DNA of 64,000 nucleotides from Vicugna vicugna. Its lineage: Eukaryota. The position numbers were made by a program, and so were the translations under genes. Position 1 is the first letter of the stretch. Each line of letters starts with the position of its first letter. The stretch is taken from NCBI GenBank assembly GCA_013265495.1, contig MU058796.1:434001-498000 (forward strand). Reading direction: 5' to 3'. Below the pieces are notes generated by a model. That model made no database searches and was not told the origin of the DNA. It worked only from the letters and a program-made list of their open reading frames with translations. Positions 28,801 to 40,425 of this stretch are shown here, piece after piece.

Positions 28801-31389
28801 AAATCAGTTCATAAAATATTCTGTCCTGGCCAGAGACCACAAAAGAGGTCTGGGTTGTGTGGTTTCCTCCTCCTTTTCCCCTCACTAACAGAGGTTTTCC
28901 TATCTTGGCAGCTGTTTCCTACAAGGCAGTCATCAGTCCCTGATTTCTTCCTTCTTTCTTCCCACAAACAAGGACTCTTTCAAATAGTGGATGACCAAAG
29001 ACAGACTGATCTTGGATCACTTTAAAAAAGTGGAAATGTGTTCAAGACTTGTGCATGTGGGCAAGCGGCCTGGGTGCATTAGTTCATTGAAATGAAAGTC
29101 CCCATTACAACTAAAACCTGAACAGTCAGAATTCTTTGCTTGAGTCAGGAGCATTTCAAGGCTGACTTAATTTTACTTGTAACAATTAATGCATCTCGTC
29201 CACGCATTAAAATTATTTTGATTGCTTGATCCAGTCATTGACCAATCTATGGGATATAAGAAATTGTGCACTGATTAGCCTTTTTGATATGACAGGCCAT
29301 GAAATTATCTAATACCTCTCTGTACCGTATATAAAATAGCTTGTAGATTTAAGGCAGGTACTTTGCACAGCAGCAGTTGTAAAGGAAGGTTTACTTTTGG
29401 TTTTGTCTTTTGAATAGCCTTTGGGAGCCAGAGTGAAGAATGAAGAGGGAGCCAGCCAGTTCTGCAGGATTGTGTGTCATGTGTCTTCCTCAGATTAATT
29501 TTTGATGTATCATTCTTCTTTTTACATATTTGGCGTTCAGAATAGGGAAGCTTGCTTTTTCCTTCGTTTTTGTCTTATTTTTTTGGGCAGAGAAGCATCT
29601 GAGGTGTTCTTAGAACTGGGTAATACCAATTGATTCCTCTCATTATGATACCTGGTTGTCTTTAAAGTTTTCCGAGAGAGCTAAAAAACCGATCTGATTA
29701 TGGGTCATGGAGGTGTATGTAGGGAAGCAGTTTTGTCTCAGGAACTATAGGCATGGTCAAGTAAACCCCTTATTACAGAGATATCTTGCTAATTTCATTT
29801 ATGATTTTATGGATCTTTGTATTTAAACGCTAGGTAATAGCTTCTGATTACTTTTTTACATTCTTCCTGGCGTGTTTGTTGGTTGCAGTGTGATAAGTGT
29901 TCCAAACCATTTAGAATCTGACCCCTTTTCAATTGAAGTTACGTTACAGGGAACTGAGAGTAGAATATAGTGCCTACTAATAGCATCGCATATGGTGCAT
30001 GAAGCATGTAGCAAGTGCAGTGTAGCTCAGCTAATGTGAAATAGAGAACTCAAAGTTATCTAGGAAGATTTGGTTTTCTAGATTTTCTTTATGCTTTAGT
30101 GTTAGGGACAGCATCTAAATTATGTAAGCATCCATTGTATTTGAGTTAGAGACACAACCTCATAATGGGGTGGGTAGTCCCTTCACTGCTCCACTTTAAA
30201 CAACTCTTCATTTGCACCAGGTTAAGGATAGCTTGGGAAAACTTTAAAGGAAGAATTTGTAATTTCTTTACCCTCAGAATCTAGATCAGGGGGCTGGATA
30301 TATTTGGGAACTACCTACATCGTTATATATTGTGAGGCTGGTACTTACTCTTTGATTCCTCATGCTTCCCTAGAAAGAAGTAAAACATTTCAGTAGAAGC
30401 CAGCAAGGGACCTGGTTTCACATGATCCTAGGAACTTAGAAATGCTGATTAAACCACTCCTGAAGTTTTTCTGTCCTTCCAGTTGAAGAACTGGGTCCTT
30501 ACGGGCTAGTCAGAATTAGACTTGGCTCTCAGTTTTATATTCTTTGCCACTCCTCCCCCAGTTTTTAAGAAACAATGATGCAGCCTTGGAGATATAATCA
30601 TCATGGTCTGGGGTTATATTTGGGTCCAGTGGATGGACTAACCTACTCAAGGGTATAGGTTTGACCTTATTAAGTTTTCTTCTAAGAAAAACCAATACAT
30701 GAAGATTAAAAACTTTAAAATGAAGTCGTTGAGACAATCACTTTATTAAACTGTTCCCTGTATGAATAACTAGCAGTCAGACAAATGACAGTTTGATATG
30801 TGGAATTTAGAAATGTGGTGTTTGGAATACCATTATTATATAAAGTACAACCATATATTAAAGATTGTACACTCTTGAATAGAAGAACAAACTGTTTCAT
30901 AGTATCTCTAATCTGTTTTGCAAGGAAATGGGATAAGAGAGTAGATAATATTGCTGTTATCATTACTAGAAACAAACAAAAATAAGTATTTATGAAATTT
31001 TATTGGAGGTATTAGGTATCAAAGCTAGTACTTTGGTAAAATGACCAATGTGGCATAGAAAGACAAATGGTATTATTCTGGATTGACTTTTTAAGCTTTT
31101 GAAAGAAAAATTCATCATCAAGAATGTATATAACTATTACGTGAATTCATGTGTTCTGATTATCTGTAGTAAATTTGGGGGGCTTTGACTGTTTTCAGAA
31201 TGCAGGGCTCAGATATCCAGTGTATAGGAGCAGATTCCTATTGGATATAGAATCAAAATATATGCCATTTTTTAATAGTTAGGAGAAGGAGGGAGAAAGG
31301 GAGGTAAAGAGGAGTTGTTACTATTATTTTTTCATTTTTTGTGACATTGCAGGGTCATAGAGTAAATGATGGATTTGTTTGCTTTTCAG

Positions 31390-31489
31390 ATATGAGGATC
31401 AATGATGCAGACTGCTGGGTTCGATGAAGCTGGGCATTTATAACTAGATTCATTAAGGAATACAAAGAAAATATTTAAAAGGATCAATA
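31390..31489 (+). other. ADGRL2: 5'UTR part (100 nt) of the ADGRL2 first coding exon; internal exon spliced from an upstream non-coding exon
   Basis: Acceptor tttgtttgcttttcAG ends at 31389, giving a 173-nt exon (31390-31562). In-frame stops TAG 31445-47 and TAA 31454-56 lie upstream of the ATG. Confidence 0.85.
31392..31447 (+). promoter_or_regulatory. Cluster of three overlapping upstream ORFs in the ADGRL2 5'UTR
   Basis: uORF1 31392-31427 MRINDADCWVR*, uORF2 31402-31443 MMQTAGFDEAGHL*, uORF3 31424-31447 MKLGIYN*. Their presence is read directly; function is inferred. Confidence 0.6.
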
Positions 31490-31562
31490 ATGGTGTCTTC
31501 TGGTTGCAGAATGCGAAGTCTGTGGTTTATCATTATAATCAGCTTCTTACCGAATACAGAAG
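31490..31562 (+). CDS. ADGRL2: First coding exon portion of adhesion GPCR L2 (latrophilin-2), encoding the signal peptide [24 protein letters not shown] plus the first base of the next codon; partial CDS, phase-1 intron follows
   Basis: ATG at 31490 in strong Kozak context (ATAatgG). 24 codons + 1 nt end at the canonical donor AAG|GTAAGA (GT at 31563). The peptide matches the recalled mammalian latrophilin-2 N-terminus (human recalled as [25 protein letters not shown]) and has a hydrophobic core [10 protein letters not shown]. Confidence 0.95.
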
Positions 31563-33670
31563 GTAAGATACAGTTTAAATTTTACTTTTTAAGTTCAGAA
31601 GAACTTAAACTATGCAATCTTCTTTATATAGAATTGGCTAGAATGAGTTTTTTTTAATTATTATTTTAGAAATAAATGTTAAAAAGATTTCCTGAATGTC
31701 ATATTCTTTTTCTGGTGGTTGAATTAATTTCATTACACAATTGTGTATTCTAGAAAGTCTTTAATTTATATTTTACAAAAATTTATAAATATAAACATTG
31801 TAAGTAATCCTGAGAGAACTAAATAAAAGCTGTGTTTTAGTGTATATTTTACATTTATTGACTAAAATTATTCCAGTAAAATTGAATGTATTTTATGGCA
31901 ACTCTTTCACTTCATCTTTAGTTTCACTTGCTTCTTAAGTGTGGTTATAGTTTAAAACTCCTAAGTAACATTTTTTAGTATTTTCTGGAAAAAGTTGCTT
32001 TTTTGTAGTGCTTCCTTTCTAATGTTAGTCTTTTTTGAAGACAGATTTGACTTTTAAAGAAGTAAAACATTTTAGAGTTCATGAAATAATGGGAATCATC
32101 ATTCGTTAATTACTACATGGATTTTCTGGTATCCATTCTTTCCTTAGTCTTACATACTGTTTCCATGGGAAGATAACACCCTTCAAGTTGCTTTTTACAA
32201 AGCAGGTTAGAAGTTAATGTGGAGCTAAGATGTGTTAATTTTATAGCTGGTTGGTAGTGGTAGTCATTGTATTCAGCATGAAAATGTATTAATCTTGCAA
32301 AATCTGTGAAAGAATCCAAAATCTCTGAGAAATGCATGTAAAATATAATGAGTCTTTTGGTTCTAATGAAATATTCCTGAAGAAAATGCTTCAGAATTTA
32401 AAAATTCATTTTATATGTACTTTTTAGTGATCCTATTTATATCTATTAATAAAATGATAGGTAGAGAAAAAGAAGCGTACTGTCAGCTAATAGATTGAAG
32501 CTTATTCTAATGTCTTTGTATGAAGCTGCAAAATGTTAATATTTTTCCAAAAGGATTTTATTATGTAAATTTTAATATGTAATGAATATTATAATTCAAA
32601 TAAATAACATGTTTAGAAATATTTTAAACTAAGAACTTTTGTATTCAGAAAGTAAATAATGCTCACTTGGATTTAAGTCATACATGAAAGTTACAAATGG
32701 GTTAATATTTTTGGAAGACAACTGCTCTTTGCATCAGAATTGAGAGATACCTCAGATCTAACATTAACATGTAGTATGTCTGAATGAATAGTACTGTAAT
32801 GATAAACAGTGAGCAGAAACTGATTTTAAAAATATGATTCTCTTGGATTGTTATGAAAATCCTGTATGGTCTCTTGTAATTTTGCATCTTTATATTGGGT
32901 GGGGGGAGGGAACTAACGGAATTCCTGCTGTTATGTTTGAATGTTTTTATATATTTAAAAAAGATTTCAGGTGTGGATCAGTGGCTCATTAGTCCACATA
33001 ATGAAAAAATTTCCAGTCAAGATAGAAATCACATTACTGGCCCAGTAGCTTAACTCAGCGGCGGTCTAGCAAACAGACTTTTTCATGAGATAATGCAGTT
33101 TTATTTCTAGTGTCACCTGTCAGGTCAGAATTCATATCTGCTGTTAAGAGAAATTTCATTTTCGGCGCATCAGGCTGGGGGGTTGCTTTTGAAGCAGTGC
33201 CCTCCTACAGGTGGAAAGAGCCTGGGATGAGCCCGCAGTGCCAGCTGTGAGAGTGTACCCGGTTACCGTGCTCTGTGAGAACATTGCGCCACGTGGTTTC
33301 GTCTTAGCAAAGTTTTTCGTGGCATGATAGTCCTTTATTGCCAGAAGGCAGATAATGCTCTGTGAACACCTACAGAGAAAACCACTCAAAGATAAGTATG
33401 AGAGTACAGGAAAGAAAATATAAATTTAATCATTCGGCCATTAAGTTTCTTCAGGGCCCTTACGTGATTGTTAACCTTCTCAAATCTTACGGAGATGAGC
33501 GCTTTCTGGGTCAGCGCCTGGATCCTTGCCTAAAAACTCAGATAAAGTTTTCTAGGTGGTTTCCTTCCTTCTTCTTCATTTATTGAGTGACTAAATTGAA
33601 CCGGTGGTTTGATTGGACTTCAGAAATGCACATGGCAGAGTTCCTGCTCTTGAGGAGCCTGTGGTCTTGC

Positions 33671-33870
33671 ATAGGGGTCAAAACATCAAATACCAGCCAC
33701 CTCTTCGGGCCAAGCAGGCAGCGTGACTTGAGCGCAGCAGGCCAGTGGAGGTCTGCAGGAAGCAGGAAAGTGCTTGCTACAGGACCCGTGGTCACCATTC
33801 CAGTGTTTTGCCTGATTTTGCTAGTCTTCTGACTTTTCCATAGAAACCAGACATTAGATTTTTAAGCAGT
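33671..33870 (+). mobile_element. MER102-like hAT-Charlie fragment
   Basis: aggggtcaaaacatcaaat...gggccaagcaggcagcgtg...tcttctgacttttccatagaaaccagacattagattttt resembles the recalled MER102 consensus. Confidence 0.5.
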
Positions 33871-35253
33871 TTAATTTTTTATTTTAAAACAAACCTATGT
33901 ATTCATTGTATTCAGCCATGGAACATACCTTCCTTTTTAGAGCTTTCTTTTCTCTTGTTTACAGACTTGTTTTACCTTAGTATATGATCTTAAAGGCTTA
34001 ATATAATGTTGGATTTGTTTTACATTTGTAAATATGAGAGGTAAATTTCCATATATGCAAGAAGGAATTATGTATTTTCTCCATGATCAGATGAACATTA
34101 TAAACATGTTATGTTTTGTGTACATATTAAAAAGCAAATCAAGCCTTTTTTTTTAGTTTTACATGGTAAAAGCTAATTATATAAAGCTTTAATTCTTAGA
34201 ATTAGCCTATCTTCTATCATTGTCTATTTCTATCAGTTAGGGTTTAAGAATCAAGTCTTACCCATTAAAATTTACTTGTTTTTGCAAAATAGGAACAATG
34301 TTTTATTTATTCCTAAAGTCTCTACTGTATATTTTGAAAATGGTGTTTAGAATTTTCAAATAAAAAATGATTAGAAAAGACCAATCTTTCAAAATATCTT
34401 GTAAGATTTTTTTTTTTAGCATTTATTTTATTCCTAGAGAACTAATAACCTCAAGCCCTTTAAAAATCAGTTTTTTTTAGAAACTGGTATACTTTGATTC
34501 TTTTGGCCAATTTTTATAAATCTAGTAACCCACTGTGGAATCCTGTATCAGTAAGTAGGAAGGTAAATTGAATTTTTGTGTCCTAGAGAATTAACTTATG
34601 CTGTATAATAGAGCCCTGCAAGCGTAAGTCAGATATATGAAGGCTTGCTCAAGTGACAAGTTACAAATAACAGCGGTTCTGCAGCAAAGTAAGTGTTATG
34701 GATTTCAGGTTGAATTCTTCATGCAGTACGTAATTAGATTTTATTAGCCAAAATTTTAGTTAATTAAACAAAAATCACATAGTTGCTCATCCTTATTTCA
34801 AATAAAACATTATGTCATGTGTAAGTGCCGGATAAGCTAGATACAGCGTTACATGTTTATTTTATATACTTCAAGAAAATTTAAGAACATGGCTGTAGAA
34901 ATAGTATCTTACCAGTTTTTCATGTACTTTTAAGTTCTCTATCACATTTTACAATGACTTTGTGTTAATGATGTCAGTAAAAAATGATGTTTAGCTTGTA
35001 GAGTTTTTGCTAATTGGGTGGCAGGGAAAAATGAATTATGAATTAATGAATGTATGAATTTTTAAAAACCCTGCTTTTGTCATATAAATAATTTTTTCAG
35101 AGTGGTCCATGATTTAGTGGAAGGAGTAGTAACTTTGTTCTCCAAGGTTAAACTTAAGAAGGATTAAAATAATTCAGACCTATATTTATGTTTTTAATCA
35201 TTTACTCTTATATTTACACATACATGTAATAAAACATACAACATTTACTATTT

Positions 35254-35342
35254 ACACACACACATACACACACACACAAAGTATATCACTTTCACAAGGG
35301 CAGGGATTTTGTTGTTGTTGTTGTCTTTTGTTGTTGTTGTTG
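35254..35342. repeat. (CA)n and (TTG)n microsatellites next to an L2 3' fragment (about 35290-35410)
   Basis: acacacacacatacacacacacac and gttgttgttgttgtcttttgttgttgttgttg read directly. Confidence 0.85.
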
Positions 35343-35699
35343 ACTGACATGCAAGCACCTAGAACAATGCCTGGCTTGTATAGTAAGCATTCATTCTATG
35401 TCCATTACATGAACAGCATAAATCTTTGAGGAGGGTCGTAATCTTAATAGTCAGAGAGGGGACAATAAACGGGTGTAATAACAGGGTAAGTGCCATGGTG
35501 GTGCTATGCCAGAGGCACTGGCTGAAAGGGCGGTTGAGTGAGTAGGTGTATGTCATGAGAAGCTTCTAGCCTGAAGTGATGATGATGCTTGAGCTGAATC
35601 TCAACATGAGCCGAACAAGCTAGGTAAAGGAATGGTGAGCATGGTGGTGGAGGGAAAGATCAGTGGAGAAAAAAAGCATGGATGTGGAGTAAAGTATTG

Positions 35700-35816
35700 C
35701 AGTGGTTCTCAAGCTCGAGTAGCAGCAGAATCATCTAGAAGGTCTGGGATGGGACCCAAGCATTTGCATTTCTGGTGCATTTCTGGGGTGATGCTAATGC
35801 CGATACAGAACCACTG
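35700..35816. mobile_element. MER5A-like hAT-Charlie MITE, internally deleted
   Basis: TIRs CAGTGGTTCT...AGAACCACTG; internal gaatcatctagaagg and tttgcatttct...ggtgatgctaatgc. Confidence 0.75.
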
Positions 35817-36197
35817 TAATACCATGTGTAGGGGCGGTTGAGGGGGAGGTACGGGGGGTACATGGGTGTGCATATGAGGTAACTTTTTAGAATTTTTTTT
35901 TGGAAACAAATGAATTAGTTCATTGTGATTCAGAAGTGGTAACCAGTTGTTTACTGGGAATTACTGTCTACACTTTTTCATATGGTTCTTTATCCCTCTG
36001 ATCAGACTCCACGGGCATAATTTTAGGCTTCAAAAATGGATTTTTTTACTCTTTTTTGACATTGTATTGAGAAAGGAAAAAAACTGGAAAATTAACTTCA
36101 GATTGGAAAAAACAGAAAGTATTTTTTGTTAAGGGTAAATGTTATATTTTCAGAGCTCCTAAACCCTTGCTTCAAAGTTTGTCTCTCTCTCTCTGTC

Positions 36198-36294
36198 TTT
36201 TTTTTTTTTTTTTTTTAATGGAAGTACTGGGGGTTGAACCCAGGACCTCGTGCATGCTAAGCGCACATTCTGCCTCTGAGCTCTACCCCCTCCC
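36198..36294 (-). mobile_element. tRNA-Ala-derived SINE (Vic-1-like), short form with pure poly(A)
   Basis: Minus strand gggagggggtagagctcagaggcagaatgtgcgcttagcatgcacgaggtcctgggttcaacccccagtacttccatt(A)n, with A/B boxes and the Ala(AGC) anticodon arm. Confidence 0.9.
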
Positions 36295-36466
36295 TCTTTG
36301 TCTCTTCTCATTGTTATAACCTTATTCTTTTTCTTGTTCGGATGGGCTACATGACCATTGCCATGATAATCCTGAATTGACTTACTGTAGGGACTTTAGA
36401 TTTCCCAGTGTGGCAGAATTGACTACTTTTGTTCCTTTCAGTGTATTTGATTAGTTTAAAGTTAGG

Positions 36467-36599
36467 AGGTAAATTTTCAGCAAGGTATATGGGGATTTGG
36501 CTGTATGACTCCTATTAAACTAAATGGGAGTCAGAACTCCCATTAAATTAATAGGAATTGTACAGCATATCTGTGTTCGCTGCATATCAAATGTAACCT
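36467..36599. repeat. Imperfect palindromic element, probably an ancient MITE (MER133-like)
   Basis: Inner arms 36500-36531 and 36536-36566 are near reverse complements; the outer ends aggtaaattttca / tcaaatgtaacct also pair loosely. Family name tentative. Confidence 0.6.
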
Positions 36600-38208
36600 T
36601 ATTTTTTAAATTTGCAAATTATGTAAATTAACATTGGTTTAAAAGAATGCATTTTTTTTAATGATTTTATTTTTAGTGCAGATCAGTGTGGTTTTACTCC
36701 TTAATACAATGCCTAGCTATATTGCTCTTAGGACACTTTATTCTTTATTGTGTGAGTGCAATGTAATCTGATTGCATCAGCTTTCTTCTGCATAGTTAGT
36801 GATGTAATTCAGTTTTAAAAATATAAATATTAATGCCACTTACAAATTATACAACATTGCTTCTGATCTTGTAAAAACCAAATGCCTTATAGTACTACTA
36901 CCAGGATTTAAGAACAAGGTATATTCTGAATATTACTCAAAAGTTGAAAAAAAACTGAATAAAACAAACTTACAGGATCCACTGGCATCATTGAAAAAGT
37001 TGATTTGAAATAGCTTTGGTCATCTGATATACAAATACTCAGTGTCACAATATGCCATATTTCAAATATGAAGTTCTAGTGTGTTGATTGTTCATTTTTT
37101 TCCTTCTTCCCACTTTTCCTCCCCACTTCCCATCCTTCTTCATCCTCTCTTGCTTCTTTTCCAGTGCTAAAAAAGATTGATTTATTCATAAAAAGGCTGA
37201 TTCATTAATAGGTCTATTGCTGGTGGAAAAGTATTACGCACAACAGTCCCCCAGCAGACCTTAACACTGAATTGCTTGGCTGTTTAATTTTTACAAACCT
37301 CCATTTTCTGACAGAAAAGACTGTGTCAAATATTTATTTAATAAATCTGCTAAAAGTAACGAGGCCTAAACCTGTCTGTGTAAGAGTAAATTTTTGAAAT
37401 ATTGATTTTGTATTCCTGTAAAGCATTTATCAAAGTTATTGTTACATTTTGAAATAATCAATAGTGTATTAAAGGTGTGCTTTAATTAAAAGCACAGGAA
37501 GCATGTAAAGCATCTTAATTTTGCTGAATGATAATTGTGTTCATCACTCATTACTGAGTAATTCAGTTTTGATGAATCTCTTGCCTCATTTTTTGAGTTA
37601 ATGCACTTTCTCACTTTTTTACATACTAGGTTGAGGTATTAGAGAATAGGATAATACAAATGATTGAGCACATCTGAGTATTAATGTAGAACTGGTATTT
37701 CTCGAAGAAATATTTATCTGCCTCGTTGCTTAAGGGAGTGTCTTCCTGAAACATATGCTTGGTACCCTATGGTACTCTTTATTTTCTTTTCACCTCCTGC
37801 GTGACAGAGAATGACATATGACAGCCGTGCAGGCTACATGTATTAGACATCAATGTGGATTAGTGAATATCTCATGACATCTTTCAACCCGATTCTTGAA
37901 CTCCTTTTGTCAACTTGACAGACGTGATTCCAGGAGAATACCTAGCCTTGGCCCTGGGATCTTTTGGCTAAAATGTAAGGCTGAGAAGGGAATTCCGTAT
38001 CAGAGCTTCAGGAAGCAAAAACAACATTTATAATCCCTCCCTATCAGCATGGGACTCTACTGAGTTTGACTTTTATGTCTGCCATTATTCTTGCTTTGAG
38101 GGCTTATTTTTCTTAAAAGCTTTCTTTCCCCCTCCTGATTTTGAATGCAGTACATTCTCATGAGAAGAGATGAAAAATAAGAAAATTAAGATAAGCATTT
38201 AAAATTGT

Positions 38209-38396
38209 AGAATAGATAAACAAGATTACACTGTATAGCACAGGGAAATATACACAAAATGTTATGATAACTCACAGAGAAAAAAATGTGACAATGAGTG
38301 TGTATATGTCCATGAATGACAGAAAAATTGTGCCGAACGCTGGAATTTGACACAACATTGTAAAATGATTATAAATCAATAAAAAATGTTAAAAAA
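38209..38396 (+). mobile_element. Young 5'-truncated L1 3' end (lineage-specific)
   Basis: ctgtatagcacagggaaatat...tggaatttgacacaacattgtaaaatgattataaatcaataaaaaatgtt(A)n, flanked by a perfect 21-nt direct repeat AAGATAAGCATTTAAAATTGT at 38188-38208 and 38397-38417. Confidence 0.9.
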
Positions 38397-38417
38397 AAGA
38401 TAAGCATTTAAAATTGT

Positions 38418-39420
38418 TCGTAATTCTAGGACCTTGATATAACCACTATACATTTTCTTGTTTTTTCCAGTTATACGTACTTGATATTATGGATAAAACA
38501 AAATTATGATGTATAAAAAAACTTAGGTTCTTCATTTCCACATACTTTTATACTGTGATTTTCTACTTTATTTTATCATAACTTGTATTACCATGTCATT
38601 ATATATTTGGATAATAGATTTTAACAGCTGCAGTGTAATTTATCCATGTGTATGTCAAAAATGATTTTATATTCCCTCTCTACTGTTGGCCATTTGAACC
38701 TAATTTTTTTCAACTATAAGTAAAATATGGCATGTTCGGTTATTTCCTGGAACTAAATTTCTGAAATTCTGATTATTATATCAGGCATACATACATCTTC
38801 CAAACTTTTTTCTGACCTCATGTTCACTTTGATTACCAGCGTGTGAAAGTATCAATCTGTATACGTTACCAGCGTTGATTTTAAATCTTTAGAAGAATTG
38901 ATACTTTGACATGTGAATTATGATTAAATTTATAATTTGTGGCTAACTATGAGAACAAAAACATTTTTGTGGATTTACTTATTAGCCAGCTGTAATTTTG
39001 ATGTGAATTTTTTTGTTCACCACCTTTGCCAATTTTTCTGTTTACATTGTTACAGCTTTTCTTATTTTTTAAATTCTTTTTAAAACTCCATTTGTCATTT
39101 TTATTATGAAAAACTTTTTAATTCATATTGCTAAATTTTTTAATGAAAGTTTCGAACAGAAGAGAATTTTGTAAAGTAATACGAACTACAGATTTAACAG
39201 TTATCAATATATTACTTCATTTGCATTGTTTATCCCTTTTTCCTCTTTCTTTACTTTTTGATGTTTACTGTTTTCTTTTGTGAAATCTTCCATTATTTTT
39301 ATGCTTAAAAATCTGTATCTTGAGATTAGTTAAATATTTATTCACTTGCATTTTTCTGTAGTTCTTAAGTATTTTTACTAAAATTTTTAATCCATCAGGA
39401 ATAAGTTTATTATAAGATGA
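38418..39420 (-). mobile_element. Old degenerate L1M(E)-type fragment(s)
   Basis: T-rich tract with motifs such as tactgttggccatttg, ttatttcctggaactaaatttctgaaa and tttgccaatttttctgtt, typical of antisense ancient L1. Boundaries approximate. Confidence 0.45.
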
Positions 39421-40280
39421 GAGCTAAGGTCTCAGTCAGTTAATTTTAAAGGAGGTAAACTAATATTAAATGATTTGAAATGAATCAGATTTTAACTAAC
39501 GAAGTAGGTGAAGTTGGGACATTATCCAAATTAAAAATGGATAATGGAATATAGTTTTAAGAAAAAAGAAAGGAAAATGAGGATAATTTATATCTGCACA
39601 GAATGAACTATGGATGAAAATGTTACTGTTCTTCTGTTTCCAGCAGTGCTACTGAAATGATTTCTCTTTGTATCTATCTAATATGTGTGTGTGTGTGTCT
39701 CTGTTAATCGTTCGTTCTCCTCCCTCCCTGATTCTTCTTTTTCTCTTTGTAATGTTAAAATCTAAACCAGGTGGTACATATGCCCGATATTAAATTCAAG
39801 TTTTGACTAGAGTCAATGTAATATGTTAATAAGAGTCAGGGACTTCATAACTTAATCAAACGTAGTAAAAAGTATGAATGGGAGCTTTGCTGGTGGTAGC
39901 AGGAAGAGAGCTCCCTGTTGGGTGTTAAGAGACCTGCTTTAATATGGCAGAAAGCAGTGGTGAAGTAATGGTTGATTTAAAAGTTGGTAAGTAAAGTGAA
40001 GGAGATAGGTGATGTAGGTTAAATGTATTCTATTGTTTAAGGAAAGTATTTTTAATATAGTTTTCTTTTTCGGTTGTTTGTAATAGATATGCTAAATACC
40101 TGAATTTGTTTCCAGACAGAAAGAAAGCAAATGTAATGCAGTGCAAGGAGAGGAAGGCACATCTAGGAAAGGAGAGTGTGCATTTTGATACAGGGAGAGG
40201 AAGATTCAGGGAGAGATGTGTACAGGAGAAGAAATTTAAGGGAGGTCATGCTCGATGTTTTTAATCTTCTTTATCTAGAA

Positions 40281-40425
40281 CAGTGCGTCTCAAAATTTAA
40301 TCTACATGTAATTCACTTGGGGAGCCTGTTAAAATGTAGATTCTGGATCAGTAATCGAGATGGTCCTTGAGAGTCTGCATTTCTAATAAGCTCCCAGGTG
40401 ATGTGAGGCCGTTGGTCTGTGACAG
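40281..40425. mobile_element. MER5-family hAT-Charlie MITE
   Basis: cacttggggagcctgttaaaatgtagattctgg...gagtctgcatttctaataagctcccaggtgatg. Confidence 0.8.

Larger units (their letters stand above)
1..31389 (+). other. ADGRL2: ADGRL2 5'UTR intron (upstream exon and promoter probably outside the window)
   Basis: No CpG island or coding exon visible; interspersed repeats only; ends at the acceptor at 31389. Short non-coding exons cannot be excluded. Confidence 0.7.

Noticed and set aside
36217..36294. tRNA-Ala(AGC)-like sequences (also at 18.7, 46.8 and 49.2 kb) as tRNA genes
   Set aside because: They carry poly-A tails, TSDs and stem-breaking substitutions, so they are SINE copies.
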